Origin: an uncultured Syntrophomonadaceae bacterium
Lineage (GTDB): Bacteria > Bacillota > Dethiobacteria > DTU022
Assembly (NCBI GenBank): GCA_964389365.1
Contig: CAYMDO010000008.1
Location: 5,231 to 69,230 of the forward strand
Reading direction: 5' to 3'
Length of the DNA: 64,000 nt
Below, piece after piece: positions 19,667-29,892 of this stretch (positions are counted from its first letter, which is position 1; every line of letters begins with the position of its first letter). The notes under the pieces are model-generated. The model made no database searches. It was not told where the DNA came from and saw nothing but the letters and a program-made list of their open reading frames with translations. Position numbers and translations under genes: made by a program.

Positions 19667-20845
19667 CTAGCGCAATACGCTGATGCCGGGCAGTTCTTTG
19701 CCTTCCCAAAACTCCAGGGTAGCGCCGCCCCCGGTCGAAATAAAGCTGACCTGATCAGCCAGCCCGAAGGATTCAACAGCAGCGACCAGGTCGCCTCCGC
19801 CTATAACCGAGTAAGCCCGGCCGACGGCAATCGCCCTGGCCACAGCAGCAGTCCCCTGCTCAAATGGCGGGATTTCGAACACCCCGAGCGGACCGTTCCA
19901 GACCACCATACCGGCCTGATTGACCACTTCACTGAAAAGCGCCGCCGTCTGCGGGCCGATATCAACAGCTTTCCAGTCCCCGTCAACTACCTGCGGTTCC
20001 ATCACCGCACGGGGGCTGCCCGCTTCAAGCTTGCGGGCAACAACAAGATCAACCGGCAAAACCAGGCGGCAGGTGCTCTTTTCTGCCTCAGCCAACAGTT
20101 TGGAGGCGTTCTGAAGCTGTTCTTTTTCAACAAAAGAATCTCCGAGGTGGTAACCTTTTGCCGCAAGTAAGGTGTTTGCCATGCCCCCGCCGACAAGCAG
20201 CGTATCGGCCAGTTCCAGGAAACGGCTGACCACGCCGATTTTATCGGATACTTTGGCCCCGCCCAGGATTGCAACCAGGGGACGCCCCGGCGCCTCGAGG
20301 CAGCGGGAAAGTTCTTCTATTTCCTTCTGCATCAATAACCCGGCGTAAGCTGGAATAAATGAAGCCACCCCGACCGTGGAAGCGTGGGCGCGATGGGCAG
20401 TACCGAAAGCATCATTGACAAAAAGGTCAAAAGGGGCCGCCAGGTCACGGGCAAAACCGGGGTCGTTCTTCTCCTCGCCCTTTTCGAAACGTACATTTTC
20501 GAGCAGCAGCAGCTCGCCCTCGGCCAGGGAGAAAAGCGCCGCCTTCACTTCAGGGCCGGTTACAACATCCAGCTTTTTAACCGGCCGGCCCAGCAGTTCG
20601 CCCAGTTTTTCAGCCACCGGGTCGAGTTTCAGGCCCGGGTCCGGTTCCCCTTTCGGGCGCCCGAGATGCGAAACAAGGGCCAGCCGGGCACCGTTCTCCA
20701 GCAGCAGTCTGATCGTCGGCAGGGCCGCCCTGATACGGGTATCGTCGCGAACGGCACCGCCCTCCAGGGGCACATTGAAATCAACCCTCATCAGCACATT
20801 CTGTCCTTTAACATCGATCTTTTTGATACTCCCGGTTTTTATCAA
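19667..20845 (-). CDS. pgk: phosphoglycerate kinase
   Basis: TTG start. ..VLMRVDFNVPL.. plus PGK similarity along the full length. Stop codon is TAG. Confidence 0.95.
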   Translation of the reverse strand: MIKTGSIKKIDVKGQNVLMRVDFNVPLEGGAVRDDTRIRAALPTIRLLLENGARLALVSHLGRPKGEPDPGLKLDPVAEKLGELLGRPVKKLDVVTGPEVKAALFSLAEGELLLLENVRFEKGEEKNDPGFARDLAAPFDLFVNDAFGTAHRAHASTVGVASFIPAYAGLLMQKEIEELSRCLEAPGRPLVAILGGAKVSDKIGVVSRFLELADTLLVGGGMANTLLAAKGYHLGDSFVEKEQLQNASKLLAEAEKSTCRLVLPVDLVVARKLEAGSPRAVMEPQVVDGDWKAVDIGPQTAALFSEVVNQAGMVVWNGPLGVFEIPPFEQGTAAVARAIAVGRAYSVIGGGDLVAAVESFGLADQVSFISTGGGATLEFWEGKELPGISVLR

Positions 20846-20865
20846 CTCAGCCTACCCCCAACCTT

Positions 20866-22302
20866 TCAAGATCGTCGGCGTTTATATGAAGCAGGCAACG
20901 CCAGCTCTTCCCTGTACTTGGCAACCGTTCTTCTAGAAATATTGATCCCCTTATCCTGCAGCAGCTCGGCCAGGTTTTGATCGCTAAGCGGCCGGTCTGC
21001 ATCTTCGGCATCGATCAATTCCCTCATGTAGGTCTTGATGCTGTGCGAAGAGTAATCTACCCCGCCTGCTCCGGTAAGGCCGCTGGAGAAGAAAAACTTC
21101 AAGGGGAACAGGCCCCTGGGGGTCTGGATATACTTGCCGGCACTGGCACGGCTCACTGTTGACTCGTGAACTCCGATGTTGGTAGCCACTTCTTTTAAGG
21201 TAAGAGGTTTAAGGTTCTTAATGCCCAGCTCCAAAAAGGCTTCCTGAATGCGGACGATTTCCTGGGCAACCTTAAAAAGGGTAATCCTTCTTTGTTCGAT
21301 GCTGCGGATCAGCCAGTATGCTTTTTCAATCTTTGCCTTGACATAGCTTGAAAGCTGCTCATCGCCGGCGCCGTCTCTCAGGATCTGCTGGTAAAACGGG
21401 CTGATAACCAGGTGCGGGATTCTGCTGTCGTTAGCCGTCACAAGATACTGACCGTCAATTTTTTCAACCAGAATATCGGGTACGATGTAGCGTGTCTCTT
21501 CACCCTCGCCGAAAATACTGCCCGGCTTTGGATTTAGCGTGCGGATGAAATCAACCGCTTCTTTCACCTGCTCTTCCGTGCAACCGAGCCGGCCGGTCAG
21601 AAAACGGTAACGGCCGTCCGCGGCGGCAGGTAGGTAGTGGGTGACAACAGCTACTGCCAGCTGAGGAGGATCGTCCAGGCGCTGCAGCTGCAGTAAAAGG
21701 CATTCCTGCAGATTGCGGCAGCCAATACCGGCGGGCTCAAGCTTTTGAATAACTTTTAACGCATCTTCGGTTTCAGCAGGTTCGGCACCGATCGCTTCGG
21801 TCAGATCTTCAAGTTCACCCTGCAGGTACCCGTTGTGATCCAGGTTTCCTGCCAGGTAAGCGGCAACGTTAAACTGATGCGGCGAAAGGTTAAGCATCCG
21901 CAGCTGCGCGCAAAGATCTTCCTGCATGGAGCCGGTCATACCGGCACAATTTTCTACAGTTGGCTGATGTTCAGCATCCTCGCGCGAACGGACCGGAGCA
22001 TAATAGCTGCTGTCAAGGTCCATGTCGCGAAAATACTCTTCCCAGGGCAGATCGTCTGCGGAAGCTGCTGCTGCCGCTTCGCCGGCTGCTGCCGCTTCTT
22101 CGTTTTCCGATTCTTTATCCTGCTCTTTTTCCGGTTCGGGGTTATCCTGAATCTCCAGGACCGGGTTGTCCAGCAACTCCTGCTCGATATGTTCGATCAG
22201 CTCGAGCGAGGAGTACTGCAAAAGGGTAATTGCCAGCTTCAGCTCAGGTGTGATAATTAGTTTTTGGCTTTGTTCAAGCTTTAAGTTATAATCGATTTTC
22301 AT
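20866..22302 (-). CDS. rpoN: RNA polymerase sigma-54 factor
   Basis: MKIDYNLKLEQSQKLIITPELKLAITLLQ (region I), an acidic region II, and a C-terminal HTH and RpoN box (ISRRTVAKYREEL). Confidence 0.9.
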   Translation of the reverse strand: MKIDYNLKLEQSQKLIITPELKLAITLLQYSSLELIEHIEQELLDNPVLEIQDNPEPEKEQDKESENEEAAAAGEAAAAASADDLPWEEYFRDMDLDSSYYAPVRSREDAEHQPTVENCAGMTGSMQEDLCAQLRMLNLSPHQFNVAAYLAGNLDHNGYLQGELEDLTEAIGAEPAETEDALKVIQKLEPAGIGCRNLQECLLLQLQRLDDPPQLAVAVVTHYLPAAADGRYRFLTGRLGCTEEQVKEAVDFIRTLNPKPGSIFGEGEETRYIVPDILVEKIDGQYLVTANDSRIPHLVISPFYQQILRDGAGDEQLSSYVKAKIEKAYWLIRSIEQRRITLFKVAQEIVRIQEAFLELGIKNLKPLTLKEVATNIGVHESTVSRASAGKYIQTPRGLFPLKFFFSSGLTGAGGVDYSSHSIKTYMRELIDAEDADRPLSDQNLAELLQDKGINISRRTVAKYREELALPASYKRRRS

Positions 22303-22399
22303 ATAACCGGCTCCCGCCAAACCATATTCATTCCGGCCCTGTGGTCTAAAAGCCTATTTCGACAACAGAAGCTGCATTTCCTGCCTTTAATTACCCGGC

Positions 22400-22414
22400 T
22401 GGCATGATATTTGC
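22400..22414 (+). promoter_or_regulatory. sigma-54-like -24/-12 element (TGGCAT-N5-TTGC), antisense to whiA
   Basis: tggcatgatatttgc, with GG at 22401-22402 and GC at 22413-22414 (canonical spacing). It overlaps the whiA stop codon and points into whiA on the opposite strand. It may be a chance match. Confidence 0.25.
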
Positions 22415-23358
22415 TACGGTTTGGTTTTACCGGTTTTACGGCTGATCTGCTCCAGCTGCCGGAAACGGTGACTGATACCTGACTTTGTTAGCGGAGGGTT
22501 TGACAATTCGCCTAACTCTTTAAAAGACGCTTCGGGATATTTGCGGCGCAGCAGGACAATCTCTTTCAATGACGGGGAAAGAGTATTAAGGCCGAAGGTG
22601 CGGTCAATTTCGTCGATCAGGTCCAGCTGGTGCTGGGCTGAAGCCACTACTTTTCCGAGGTTGGCTGTTTCACAGTTCACCAGGCGGTTAACCCTGTTGC
22701 GCATGCTCTTGACCACGCGCTGGCTTTCCAACTGCAGCAGGGCGCTTCCGGCGCCGATTATCCTCAGGAAGTCGGCAACGGCCTCGGCATTTTTAAAATA
22801 GAGATATGCTGTATCGTTTCTGATCCTTAATAGCGGATCAAGGTGGTAGAAATGGAGCAACTGCTGATATACCCCCGTATCTTCGGGGCTGCCGCAGTTT
22901 ATTTCCAGGTGGTAGCCTGAGCGCCTGGAAACAGAAATACTGCCACCGGCCAGAAATGCGCCTTTTAAAAAAGCCCTGCGGCAGCAGCTTCGCCTTGGAA
23001 CAGCACCATAGCGGCGCGACAGGGTTAAAAAACGGCCGGCTTCTTTCAGGTCAAGATAGACCAGCAGCGCATCTACCTGCCCGCTGCCGTAGACCTGGAC
23101 TACAAACTGGCTTCTGCGCAGCCGTACCTCCTGCCGCCGATAAATCAGCGGCGCTTCCACCCCCGCTTGACGAAGCAGGTTAAACAGGCGGCGGGCAACG
23201 GAAATATGGTCAACCATGACACTGAGGCTGTAATCCTTCTGCCTGAAAGTGTAATAGCCGCTTTTAAGCAAAAGTGCTTTCAGCTCCCAGGAACTGCAGC
23301 ATTGAGAACCGGCTTCCTGCCTGGTCAGCTCTTCCTTGACCTGCCTGGTTAAAGACAA
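22414..23358 (-). CDS. whiA: DNA-binding protein WhiA
   Basis: 314 aa. The LAGLIDADG-like middle and C-terminal HTH (..ELGELSNPPLTKSGISHRFRQL) are typical of WhiA. Downstream of rapZ. Confidence 0.9.
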   Translation of the reverse strand: MSLTRQVKEELTRQEAGSQCCSSWELKALLLKSGYYTFRQKDYSLSVMVDHISVARRLFNLLRQAGVEAPLIYRRQEVRLRRSQFVVQVYGSGQVDALLVYLDLKEAGRFLTLSRRYGAVPRRSCCRRAFLKGAFLAGGSISVSRRSGYHLEINCGSPEDTGVYQQLLHFYHLDPLLRIRNDTAYLYFKNAEAVADFLRIIGAGSALLQLESQRVVKSMRNRVNRLVNCETANLGKVVASAQHQLDLIDEIDRTFGLNTLSPSLKEIVLLRRKYPEASFKELGELSNPPLTKSGISHRFRQLEQISRKTGKTKP

Positions 23359-23376
23359 GGGATTCCCTCCCGGTTC

Positions 23377-24237
23377 CTATTTTTCGATGTCGCGGTGTTC
23401 CACCGCTACGTTGTAACGGGAGCCCAAAAACCGCCCCAGATCTTCCGCGAGCACCACCGATCGATGTTTCCCCCCGGTACAGCCGATACTGATCACAAGG
23501 TTAGACTTTCCTTCCTTAATATAAAAAGGAATCGAAAATTCGAGCAGGTCTTTAACCTTATCGAAGTAACGCCCCGTCTCCGACCACTTCCAGACAAACT
23601 CCCTGACCCGGTTATCTTCGCCCGTCAGCTGTTTAAATTCTTCAACATAGTAAGGGTTGGGCAAAAAGCGAACATCAAATACCAGGTCCGAGTCCGGCGG
23701 CAAACCATGCTTGAAGCCAAAAGAAAGCAGCTGAATCCGCATATTTTTATCACGCTGTTCCGGTTCATAGATATCAACTATCTTTGCTTTAAGTTCCCAG
23801 GGCTTGAGGGCGGTAGTATCGATTTCCCGGCTCGCTTTACCGCGCAGGGCGCTTAGCGCCTCCTGCTCCCTGCCGATCGCCTCCGGCAGGCTGAGCCCAC
23901 CCAGGGGATGCCGACGGCGTGTCTCCTTGTAGCGTCGAATCAGCGTTTCATCTGAGGCAACAAGAAAGAGAATCTCGTAATCGACATTATAGCCCTCCAA
24001 CTCCTGTAAAGCCTTGAACAGGTCATTGAAGAAAGCCGCCCCGCGCATGTCGCAGACTAATGCCACTTTTTTGTTTTCCGACTGCAAAATAAGGTCGGCA
24101 AACTTCGAGATCAAAGTAGGCGGCATATTGTCTACGCAGTAGTAGCCCAGGTCCTCAAAACAATCCAGGGCATGGCTCTTGCCTGCGCCTGACAGCCCGG
24201 TGATCAAAATCATCCTGATCGCAACAGCCCTCTCCAT
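23377..24237 (-). CDS. rapZ: RNase adapter / nucleotide-binding protein RapZ (YvcJ)
   Basis: ILITGLSGAGKS Walker A. ..GCTGGKHRSV.. C-terminal motif. AGGAGGG lies 7 nt before the ATG. Confidence 0.9.
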   Translation of the reverse strand: MERAVAIRMILITGLSGAGKSHALDCFEDLGYYCVDNMPPTLISKFADLILQSENKKVALVCDMRGAAFFNDLFKALQELEGYNVDYEILFLVASDETLIRRYKETRRRHPLGGLSLPEAIGREQEALSALRGKASREIDTTALKPWELKAKIVDIYEPEQRDKNMRIQLLSFGFKHGLPPDSDLVFDVRFLPNPYYVEEFKQLTGEDNRVREFVWKWSETGRYFDKVKDLLEFSIPFYIKEGKSNLVISIGCTGGKHRSVVLAEDLGRFLGSRYNVAVEHRDIEK

Positions 24238-24240
24238 CCG

Positions 24241-25074
24241 CTATCCCTCCTGCTCCAGAATAAAGCGCTCGATTATCTCCGCAACCCCGTCATCTTCATT
24301 TGAAGCGGCCACATAATCGGCAGCCGCTTTAACTTCGGGGCGGGCATTGCCCACCGCCACGCCCAGCCCGGCGAAAGCAAGCATATCTATGTCATTCGGG
24401 CCGTCACCGACAGCAATCACCTGCTCGGGCCTGATCCCCTGCTGTTCTGTAAACCAGCTGAGCGTCTGCCCCTTGGTCGCCAGTCGATCCGTAATCTCCA
24501 GGAAATACGGCCTAGATTGCAGGATGGCCAGCCGGTCATTAAAATCAGCCCGCAGGGTTTCCTCGATATCCTCAATTGTGCCGTCCCAGTGGATAATGCT
24601 CATTTTCGTCGGGCAGCTGCCGTTGCGCATAAGAAATCTGCTTAGGCTGCCGACCGGCTGCAGTTCGATGCCGGTCATAGCCTGGTAGTAGCGGGACTGC
24701 TCGCTTTCTTCCCTGATGAATAGCTGATCCTCGAGGAAAACGGAGATGTGGTACCCGGTTTTTTCTGCCCGTTCCAGCACATCAACTGCAACCTGGTTTG
24801 GAATCGGCCGGTGCAGCAGCGTTTCCATGCTGCGGGCCTTTTTGACCAGGGCGCCGTGGTAATTGATCAACGGGCAGTCTTCTTTAAACCCCAGCTCTTC
24901 CAGGTAACCGACAGATGTTTTGAACATCCGCCCGGTAACAATTAGGAATTTAACCCCCGCTAAAACAGCCCGGCGGATTGATACCCGGTTGCGCTCCGAA
25001 ATGGACGAGCTGCTGTTCAACAGCGTATCGTCAAGATCGACGGCCAGCAGGCGATATTCCATAACCTGATCCAC
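24241..25074 (-). CDS. Cof-type HAD-IIB hydrolase
   Basis: LLAVDLDDTLL (DxD motif), ..TGR.., ..GDGPNDIDM... Confidence 0.85.
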   Translation of the reverse strand: MDQVMEYRLLAVDLDDTLLNSSSSISERNRVSIRRAVLAGVKFLIVTGRMFKTSVGYLEELGFKEDCPLINYHGALVKKARSMETLLHRPIPNQVAVDVLERAEKTGYHISVFLEDQLFIREESEQSRYYQAMTGIELQPVGSLSRFLMRNGSCPTKMSIIHWDGTIEDIEETLRADFNDRLAILQSRPYFLEITDRLATKGQTLSWFTEQQGIRPEQVIAVGDGPNDIDMLAFAGLGVAVGNARPEVKAAADYVAASNEDDGVAEIIERFILEQEG

Positions 25075-25134
25075 CTCGGTTATACTATACCATACAGTGC
25101 ATGCCCGGTTTTACCGGCCGGCGCAAAAACCCCT

Positions 25135-26991
25135 TTATTTAAGCCCGGCACGGCCGGCCGCGTAGATTTTTTCCGCCAGGGCACGGTTAATGCCCGGCAC
25201 ACTGCAAAGCTCTTCAATGCCGGCCAAACGCACCTGCTCGATACTGCCAAATGCAGCTAGCAAAGCCGCCCTCTTTGCCGGGCCGACCCCCGGAATATTC
25301 TCAAGTCGCGATCGGATAGCGCTGCGGCCCTTCAGCGCCCGGTGGCCGCTTACAGCAAAACGGTGCGCCTCGTTCCTGATCCGCTGCAGCAGCTGCAGGG
25401 CGGCATTATCCGCCGGCAGCATCACCGGCAGTGACGACCCGGCCAGGTAGAGGCGATCCGGGTCTTTGGCCAGGGCCGCAAGAGGGACTTTTTCAAGCGG
25501 GCCGCCGTGCAGGGCTTCAGCTGCTGAGCTTAGCTGGCCTCTGCCCCCATCAATCAGGAGCAGGTCGGGCTGCGGCCCCCTGGCGGCGCCTGCCGCCATC
25601 CTCTGCAAAACCTCGGCCAGGGCCGCATAGTCATCGCCCGGTGCCGCTTTTTTAATATTAAAACGGCGGTACTCATCTTTACCGGCTTCGCCGTTAATGA
25701 AAACAACCATCGCCCCGACAGCAGCCCCGCCGCGCAGGTGTGAGATATCGTATGCTTCAATCCGCTCCGGGGGCTGTTCGGCACCAAGCAGGCGGCCCAG
25801 TTCGGCCAGCGGCTCTTCTGTGCGGCGTGATCTTGTTTCCGCCTCTTCTTCCAGTTTTAAGAGAGCGTTTTTCTCGGCCAGGTTAACCAGCTTGTGCAGA
25901 CTGCCCCACCGGGGTGACCGCAGTTTAACCCTGTAGCCGGCCTTATCGCCCAACCAGGCAGAAATCAGCTCTGCATCAGCAGGCTCAGTGCCGGACACTA
26001 TTTCCGGAGGAGGTTTTTCAACCCGGCTGTAGTAAGATTTAATAAATGAGGCCATAACCTCTGCGTCGTCAAGATCATCGGCTCCGGTCAGGTTAAAATG
26101 CTTCTGGCTGAGCAGCTTGCCATCGCGGACCATGAACAGGTGAACCGCAGCATATATATTAAGCCGGGCCAGGGCCAGGATGTCGCTGTCGGGCCTGCCC
26201 CCGGTGAACAGCATCTTCTGCTGCTGCCCGGTTACCTGCTGCAGGGCCAGGCAGCGATCCCGGATAGCGGCTGCCCTTTCAAATTGTTCGGCGGCTGCGG
26301 CTGCTTCCATATCGCGTATTAAACCTTTTTCCAGTTCGCCAAGCCGTCCCTCCAGGAAGAGTGCCGTCTGCTGAACAACCTGCATGTAGTCTTCGGGGCC
26401 GACCGCCTCATCTCCGCGGCAGGGCGCCAGGCAGCGCTTAATCTGGTAATTGAGGCAGGGCCTTTCAGCTGCCGGGCTGCCATCCAGCGGCTGACGGCAG
26501 CGGCGCAGGGGTAACAGAGTGCCGAGGAAATCCATCGTATCACGCACAGCGCCGACGTCGGTATATGGGCCAAAGCGGCGCTCGGACCTTCCCGGGTAAG
26601 CCTCAAAGCGCGCTTTGCGCGAGCTTTTCTGCGCAAGGCGCAGCAGCTCCAGGCGCGGGTATAACTCGGGGGTAATCAGCAGGTAAGGGTAATCCTTGTC
26701 ATCCTTCAGGTTAACGTTAAAACGGGGGCGGTGCTCCTTAATCAGGCTGCACTCAAGGATGAGCGCTTCGACTTCACTGTCAGTAACCAGGTAATCGATC
26801 GAGGCGAGCTGATTCAGGAGCGAACGCAGGCGCGGGGAAAAATCAACTTTGCCGGTCAGGTACGAACGGACCCTCTTGCGCAGCGAACCGGCTTTGCCGA
26901 CATAAATAATCCGGTCCTGCCTGTCCTTCAGCAGGTAAACGCCAGGCAGGTCGGGAAAACGGCTGACCTTATCCTTAAGCTCTTCCAACAC
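25135..26991 (-). CDS. uvrC: excinuclease ABC subunit C
   Basis: 618 aa with an N-terminal GIY-YIG (PGVYLLKD..IIYVGKA), a UVR domain and a C-terminal HhH. Confidence 0.95.
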   Translation of the reverse strand: MLEELKDKVSRFPDLPGVYLLKDRQDRIIYVGKAGSLRKRVRSYLTGKVDFSPRLRSLLNQLASIDYLVTDSEVEALILECSLIKEHRPRFNVNLKDDKDYPYLLITPELYPRLELLRLAQKSSRKARFEAYPGRSERRFGPYTDVGAVRDTMDFLGTLLPLRRCRQPLDGSPAAERPCLNYQIKRCLAPCRGDEAVGPEDYMQVVQQTALFLEGRLGELEKGLIRDMEAAAAAEQFERAAAIRDRCLALQQVTGQQQKMLFTGGRPDSDILALARLNIYAAVHLFMVRDGKLLSQKHFNLTGADDLDDAEVMASFIKSYYSRVEKPPPEIVSGTEPADAELISAWLGDKAGYRVKLRSPRWGSLHKLVNLAEKNALLKLEEEAETRSRRTEEPLAELGRLLGAEQPPERIEAYDISHLRGGAAVGAMVVFINGEAGKDEYRRFNIKKAAPGDDYAALAEVLQRMAAGAARGPQPDLLLIDGGRGQLSSAAEALHGGPLEKVPLAALAKDPDRLYLAGSSLPVMLPADNAALQLLQRIRNEAHRFAVSGHRALKGRSAIRSRLENIPGVGPAKRAALLAAFGSIEQVRLAGIEELCSVPGINRALAEKIYAAGRAGLK

Positions 26992-27012
26992 CTGACCATC
27001 CCCACCAGATTT

Positions 27013-29871
27013 TTAAGAGATACCTGAAATATTCCCGCCCTTTTTACTGCCGGCCCCGAGCACCCCGGCCAGCCACTGTCCGGTATACGACTGCTTACAT
27101 GCTGCCACTTCTTCGGGAGTGCCGGAGGCAACCACCCGGCCGCCGCCGTCTCCGCCTTCCGGGCCTAAATCAATTAAATAATCGGCCCTCTTCAGCACAT
27201 CTAAATTGTGCTCGATTACCACGACCGTGTTGCCGCTTTCCACCAGGCGGTCCAGTATGATCAGCAATTTATTGATATCATCAAGGTGCAGTCCCGTGGT
27301 CGGCTCGTCCAGGATATACATGCTGCGCCCGTTGCTGCGTCTCGACAGCTCGGTGGCAAGCTTGACCCGCTGCGCTTCTCCGCCGGACAGTGTGGTTGCC
27401 GACTGGCCAAGATGAATGTAGCCGAGGCCCACGTCGTAAAGCAGCTGCAGCTTACGCTGGATTTTCGGAATCGCCGAAAAAAAATCAAGCGCCTCCTCCA
27501 CAGTCATCTCCAGCACATCGGCAATATTCTTCTCTTTGTAACGCACCTCGAGAGTTTCACGGTTATAGCGTTTTCCGCCGCAAACCTCGCATGGTACATA
27601 TACGTCGGGCAGAAAGTGCATCTCGATCCGTAAGATACCGTCGCCGCGACAGGCTTCGCAGCGCCCGCCTTTAACATTAAAGCTAAACCGCCCCTGCTTA
27701 TAGCCGCGGCGACGCGATTCCGGGGTTTTGGCAAAAAGTTCGCGAATACCGTCAAAGAGGCCGGTGTAAGTGGCCGGGTTTGAGCGTGGCGTGCGGCCGA
27801 TCGGCGACTGGTCTATTTCAATAACCTTGTCAAGCTGTTCCGCGCCTTCCAGAGCGCGGTGTTCACCGGACTGTTCCCGCGAACGCTGCAGTTTACGGGC
27901 CAGCGCCCGGGCCAGGATCTCGTTAATCAGGGTGCTCTTGCCGGAACCGGAAACCCCCGCCACACAGACAAAGAGGCCCAGCGGTATACCCACATCAATA
28001 TTTTTCAGATTGTGCTCGCTGGCCCCGCGGATCCAGAGCCAGCGGTCGTTTGTGCTTCGCCTGGCTACCGGCAGGGGAACAACCCGCCTCCCTGCCAGAT
28101 AGTCGCCGGTTATCGATTCACGGGCAGCAACAATATCTTCAAGCGTGCCATCAGCTACAATCGAGCCGCCTCCGGCCCCAGCGCCCGGGCCGATATCGAC
28201 AATATGATCGGCGTTCCGGATCGTCTCTTCATCATGTTCGACCACCAGCACCGTATTGCCCAGATCCCGCAGCGCTTTCAGCGTTACGATCAGGCGGGCA
28301 TTATCGCGCTGGTGCAGGCCGATGCTTGGTTCATCAAGGATATAGATCACCCCGGTTAACCCGGAACCGATCTGGGTTGCCAGCCTGATTCGCTGTGCTT
28401 CACCGCCTGAAAGGGTCGCCGCCGCCCGATCAAGAGTCAGGTACTGCAGGCCAACGTTAAACAAAAAATTTAAGCGTTCGCCAATTTCTTTTAACACCTG
28501 GCGGGCAATATGTTGTTCCCTGGGTTTCAATTCCAGTTCCCCGAAAAAAAGCCCTGCCTCTTCAACGGTAAGGGCGGCCAGTTCGGCAATGTTACGCCCG
28601 CCCAGCAGCACAGCCAGGCTGGATGGTTTCAGGCGCCGGCCTTCACATGCAGGGCAAGGCCTTACCTGCATATAACGGGACAGCTCGGCACGCATATCCT
28701 CCGACTCAGTCGCCGCGTAGCGGCGGTCCATGAGCCGCAGCACACCGGGAAACGCCTTGCGGTAAGTACGTACCCGCTTGAACATATTTACATAGCGAAA
28801 ATTGATCAATTCAGTTGATCCGTAAAGAATCTTCCGCTGTTCCTCAGGCTCAAGATCTTTAAAAGGCTTGTCGAGATCGATGTTCCAGTCTTTTGCTGCC
28901 GATGCAAGAAACTGCATGTAGTAATTTTGCCCGGACCAGGGGTGAATAGCGCCTTCGCTGATGGATAGCTCGGGATAGGGAATTACCAGATCGACGGCAA
29001 ACTCGGCTTTCGTTCCGAGCCCGCTGCAATCAGGGCAGGCACCGTAAGGGCTGTTAAAGGAGAAAATACGCGGGCTGATCTCTTCAAAACTGAACCCGCA
29101 CTCGGCACAGGCAAAATTTTCGCTGAACAGCTGCTCCGTGCTGCCCACTTCCTCAACCAGGACCAGGCCCTCGCTCAACCTGAGCGCTGTTTCGATCGAA
29201 TCGGCCAGGCGGGTGCGAATATCCTCACGCAGCACCAGGCGGTCAACTACCACCTCGATATCGTGCTTCTTCTGCCTGTCGAGAATGATATCATCGTCCA
29301 GCTCCCGCACTTCCCCGTCGACTCGCGCGCGCACATAGCCTTTTCGGCGCATCTCTTCCAACAGCCGCGAATACTCGCCCTTACGGCTGCGTACCAGGGG
29401 GGCCATTACATGGATCTTGGTTTCTGCAGGCAAAGCCATCACCTGGTCAACCATTTGCTGGGCTGACTGCTGGCTGATCGGCTTTTCGCAAAACGGGCAG
29501 TAGGGATGCCCGATGCGCGCGTAAAGCAGGCGGATGTAATCATAAATCTCCGTCACCGTGCCGACAGTGGAACGCGGGTTCCGTGAAGCCGTCTTCTGGT
29601 CGATGGAGATCGCCGGGGAGAGCCCTTCGATCTGATCCAGATCCGGTTTATCCATCTGCCCCAAAAACTGGCGGGCATAAGCCGACAGCGATTCAACGTA
29701 GCGCCTCTGCCCCTCGGCGTAGATTGTATCAAAGGCCAGCGACGATTTGCCGGAGCCGCTCAGGCCTGTAAAAACAATCAGTTTATTGCGCGGCAGGGTC
29801 AGGTTGACGTTTTTCAGATTATGCTCCCTGGCCCCGCGTATTATGATTTCCCCTGCAGCCAACAGTTCCAC
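27013..29871 (-). CDS. uvrA: excinuclease ABC subunit A
   Basis: 952 aa. [10 protein letters not shown], two ABC modules (GLSGSGKSS / GVSGSGKST; LSGGEAQR twice) and zinc-finger Cys clusters. Confidence 0.96.
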   Translation of the reverse strand: MELLAAGEIIIRGAREHNLKNVNLTLPRNKLIVFTGLSGSGKSSLAFDTIYAEGQRRYVESLSAYARQFLGQMDKPDLDQIEGLSPAISIDQKTASRNPRSTVGTVTEIYDYIRLLYARIGHPYCPFCEKPISQQSAQQMVDQVMALPAETKIHVMAPLVRSRKGEYSRLLEEMRRKGYVRARVDGEVRELDDDIILDRQKKHDIEVVVDRLVLREDIRTRLADSIETALRLSEGLVLVEEVGSTEQLFSENFACAECGFSFEEISPRIFSFNSPYGACPDCSGLGTKAEFAVDLVIPYPELSISEGAIHPWSGQNYYMQFLASAAKDWNIDLDKPFKDLEPEEQRKILYGSTELINFRYVNMFKRVRTYRKAFPGVLRLMDRRYAATESEDMRAELSRYMQVRPCPACEGRRLKPSSLAVLLGGRNIAELAALTVEEAGLFFGELELKPREQHIARQVLKEIGERLNFLFNVGLQYLTLDRAAATLSGGEAQRIRLATQIGSGLTGVIYILDEPSIGLHQRDNARLIVTLKALRDLGNTVLVVEHDEETIRNADHIVDIGPGAGAGGGSIVADGTLEDIVAARESITGDYLAGRRVVPLPVARRSTNDRWLWIRGASEHNLKNIDVGIPLGLFVCVAGVSGSGKSTLINEILARALARKLQRSREQSGEHRALEGAEQLDKVIEIDQSPIGRTPRSNPATYTGLFDGIRELFAKTPESRRRGYKQGRFSFNVKGGRCEACRGDGILRIEMHFLPDVYVPCEVCGGKRYNRETLEVRYKEKNIADVLEMTVEEALDFFSAIPKIQRKLQLLYDVGLGYIHLGQSATTLSGGEAQRVKLATELSRRSNGRSMYILDEPTTGLHLDDINKLLIILDRLVESGNTVVVIEHNLDVLKRADYLIDLGPEGGDGGGRVVASGTPEEVAACKQSYTGQWLAGVLGAGSKKGGNISGIS

Positions 29872-29892
29872 CTCAATTACAGATCAATCTCC

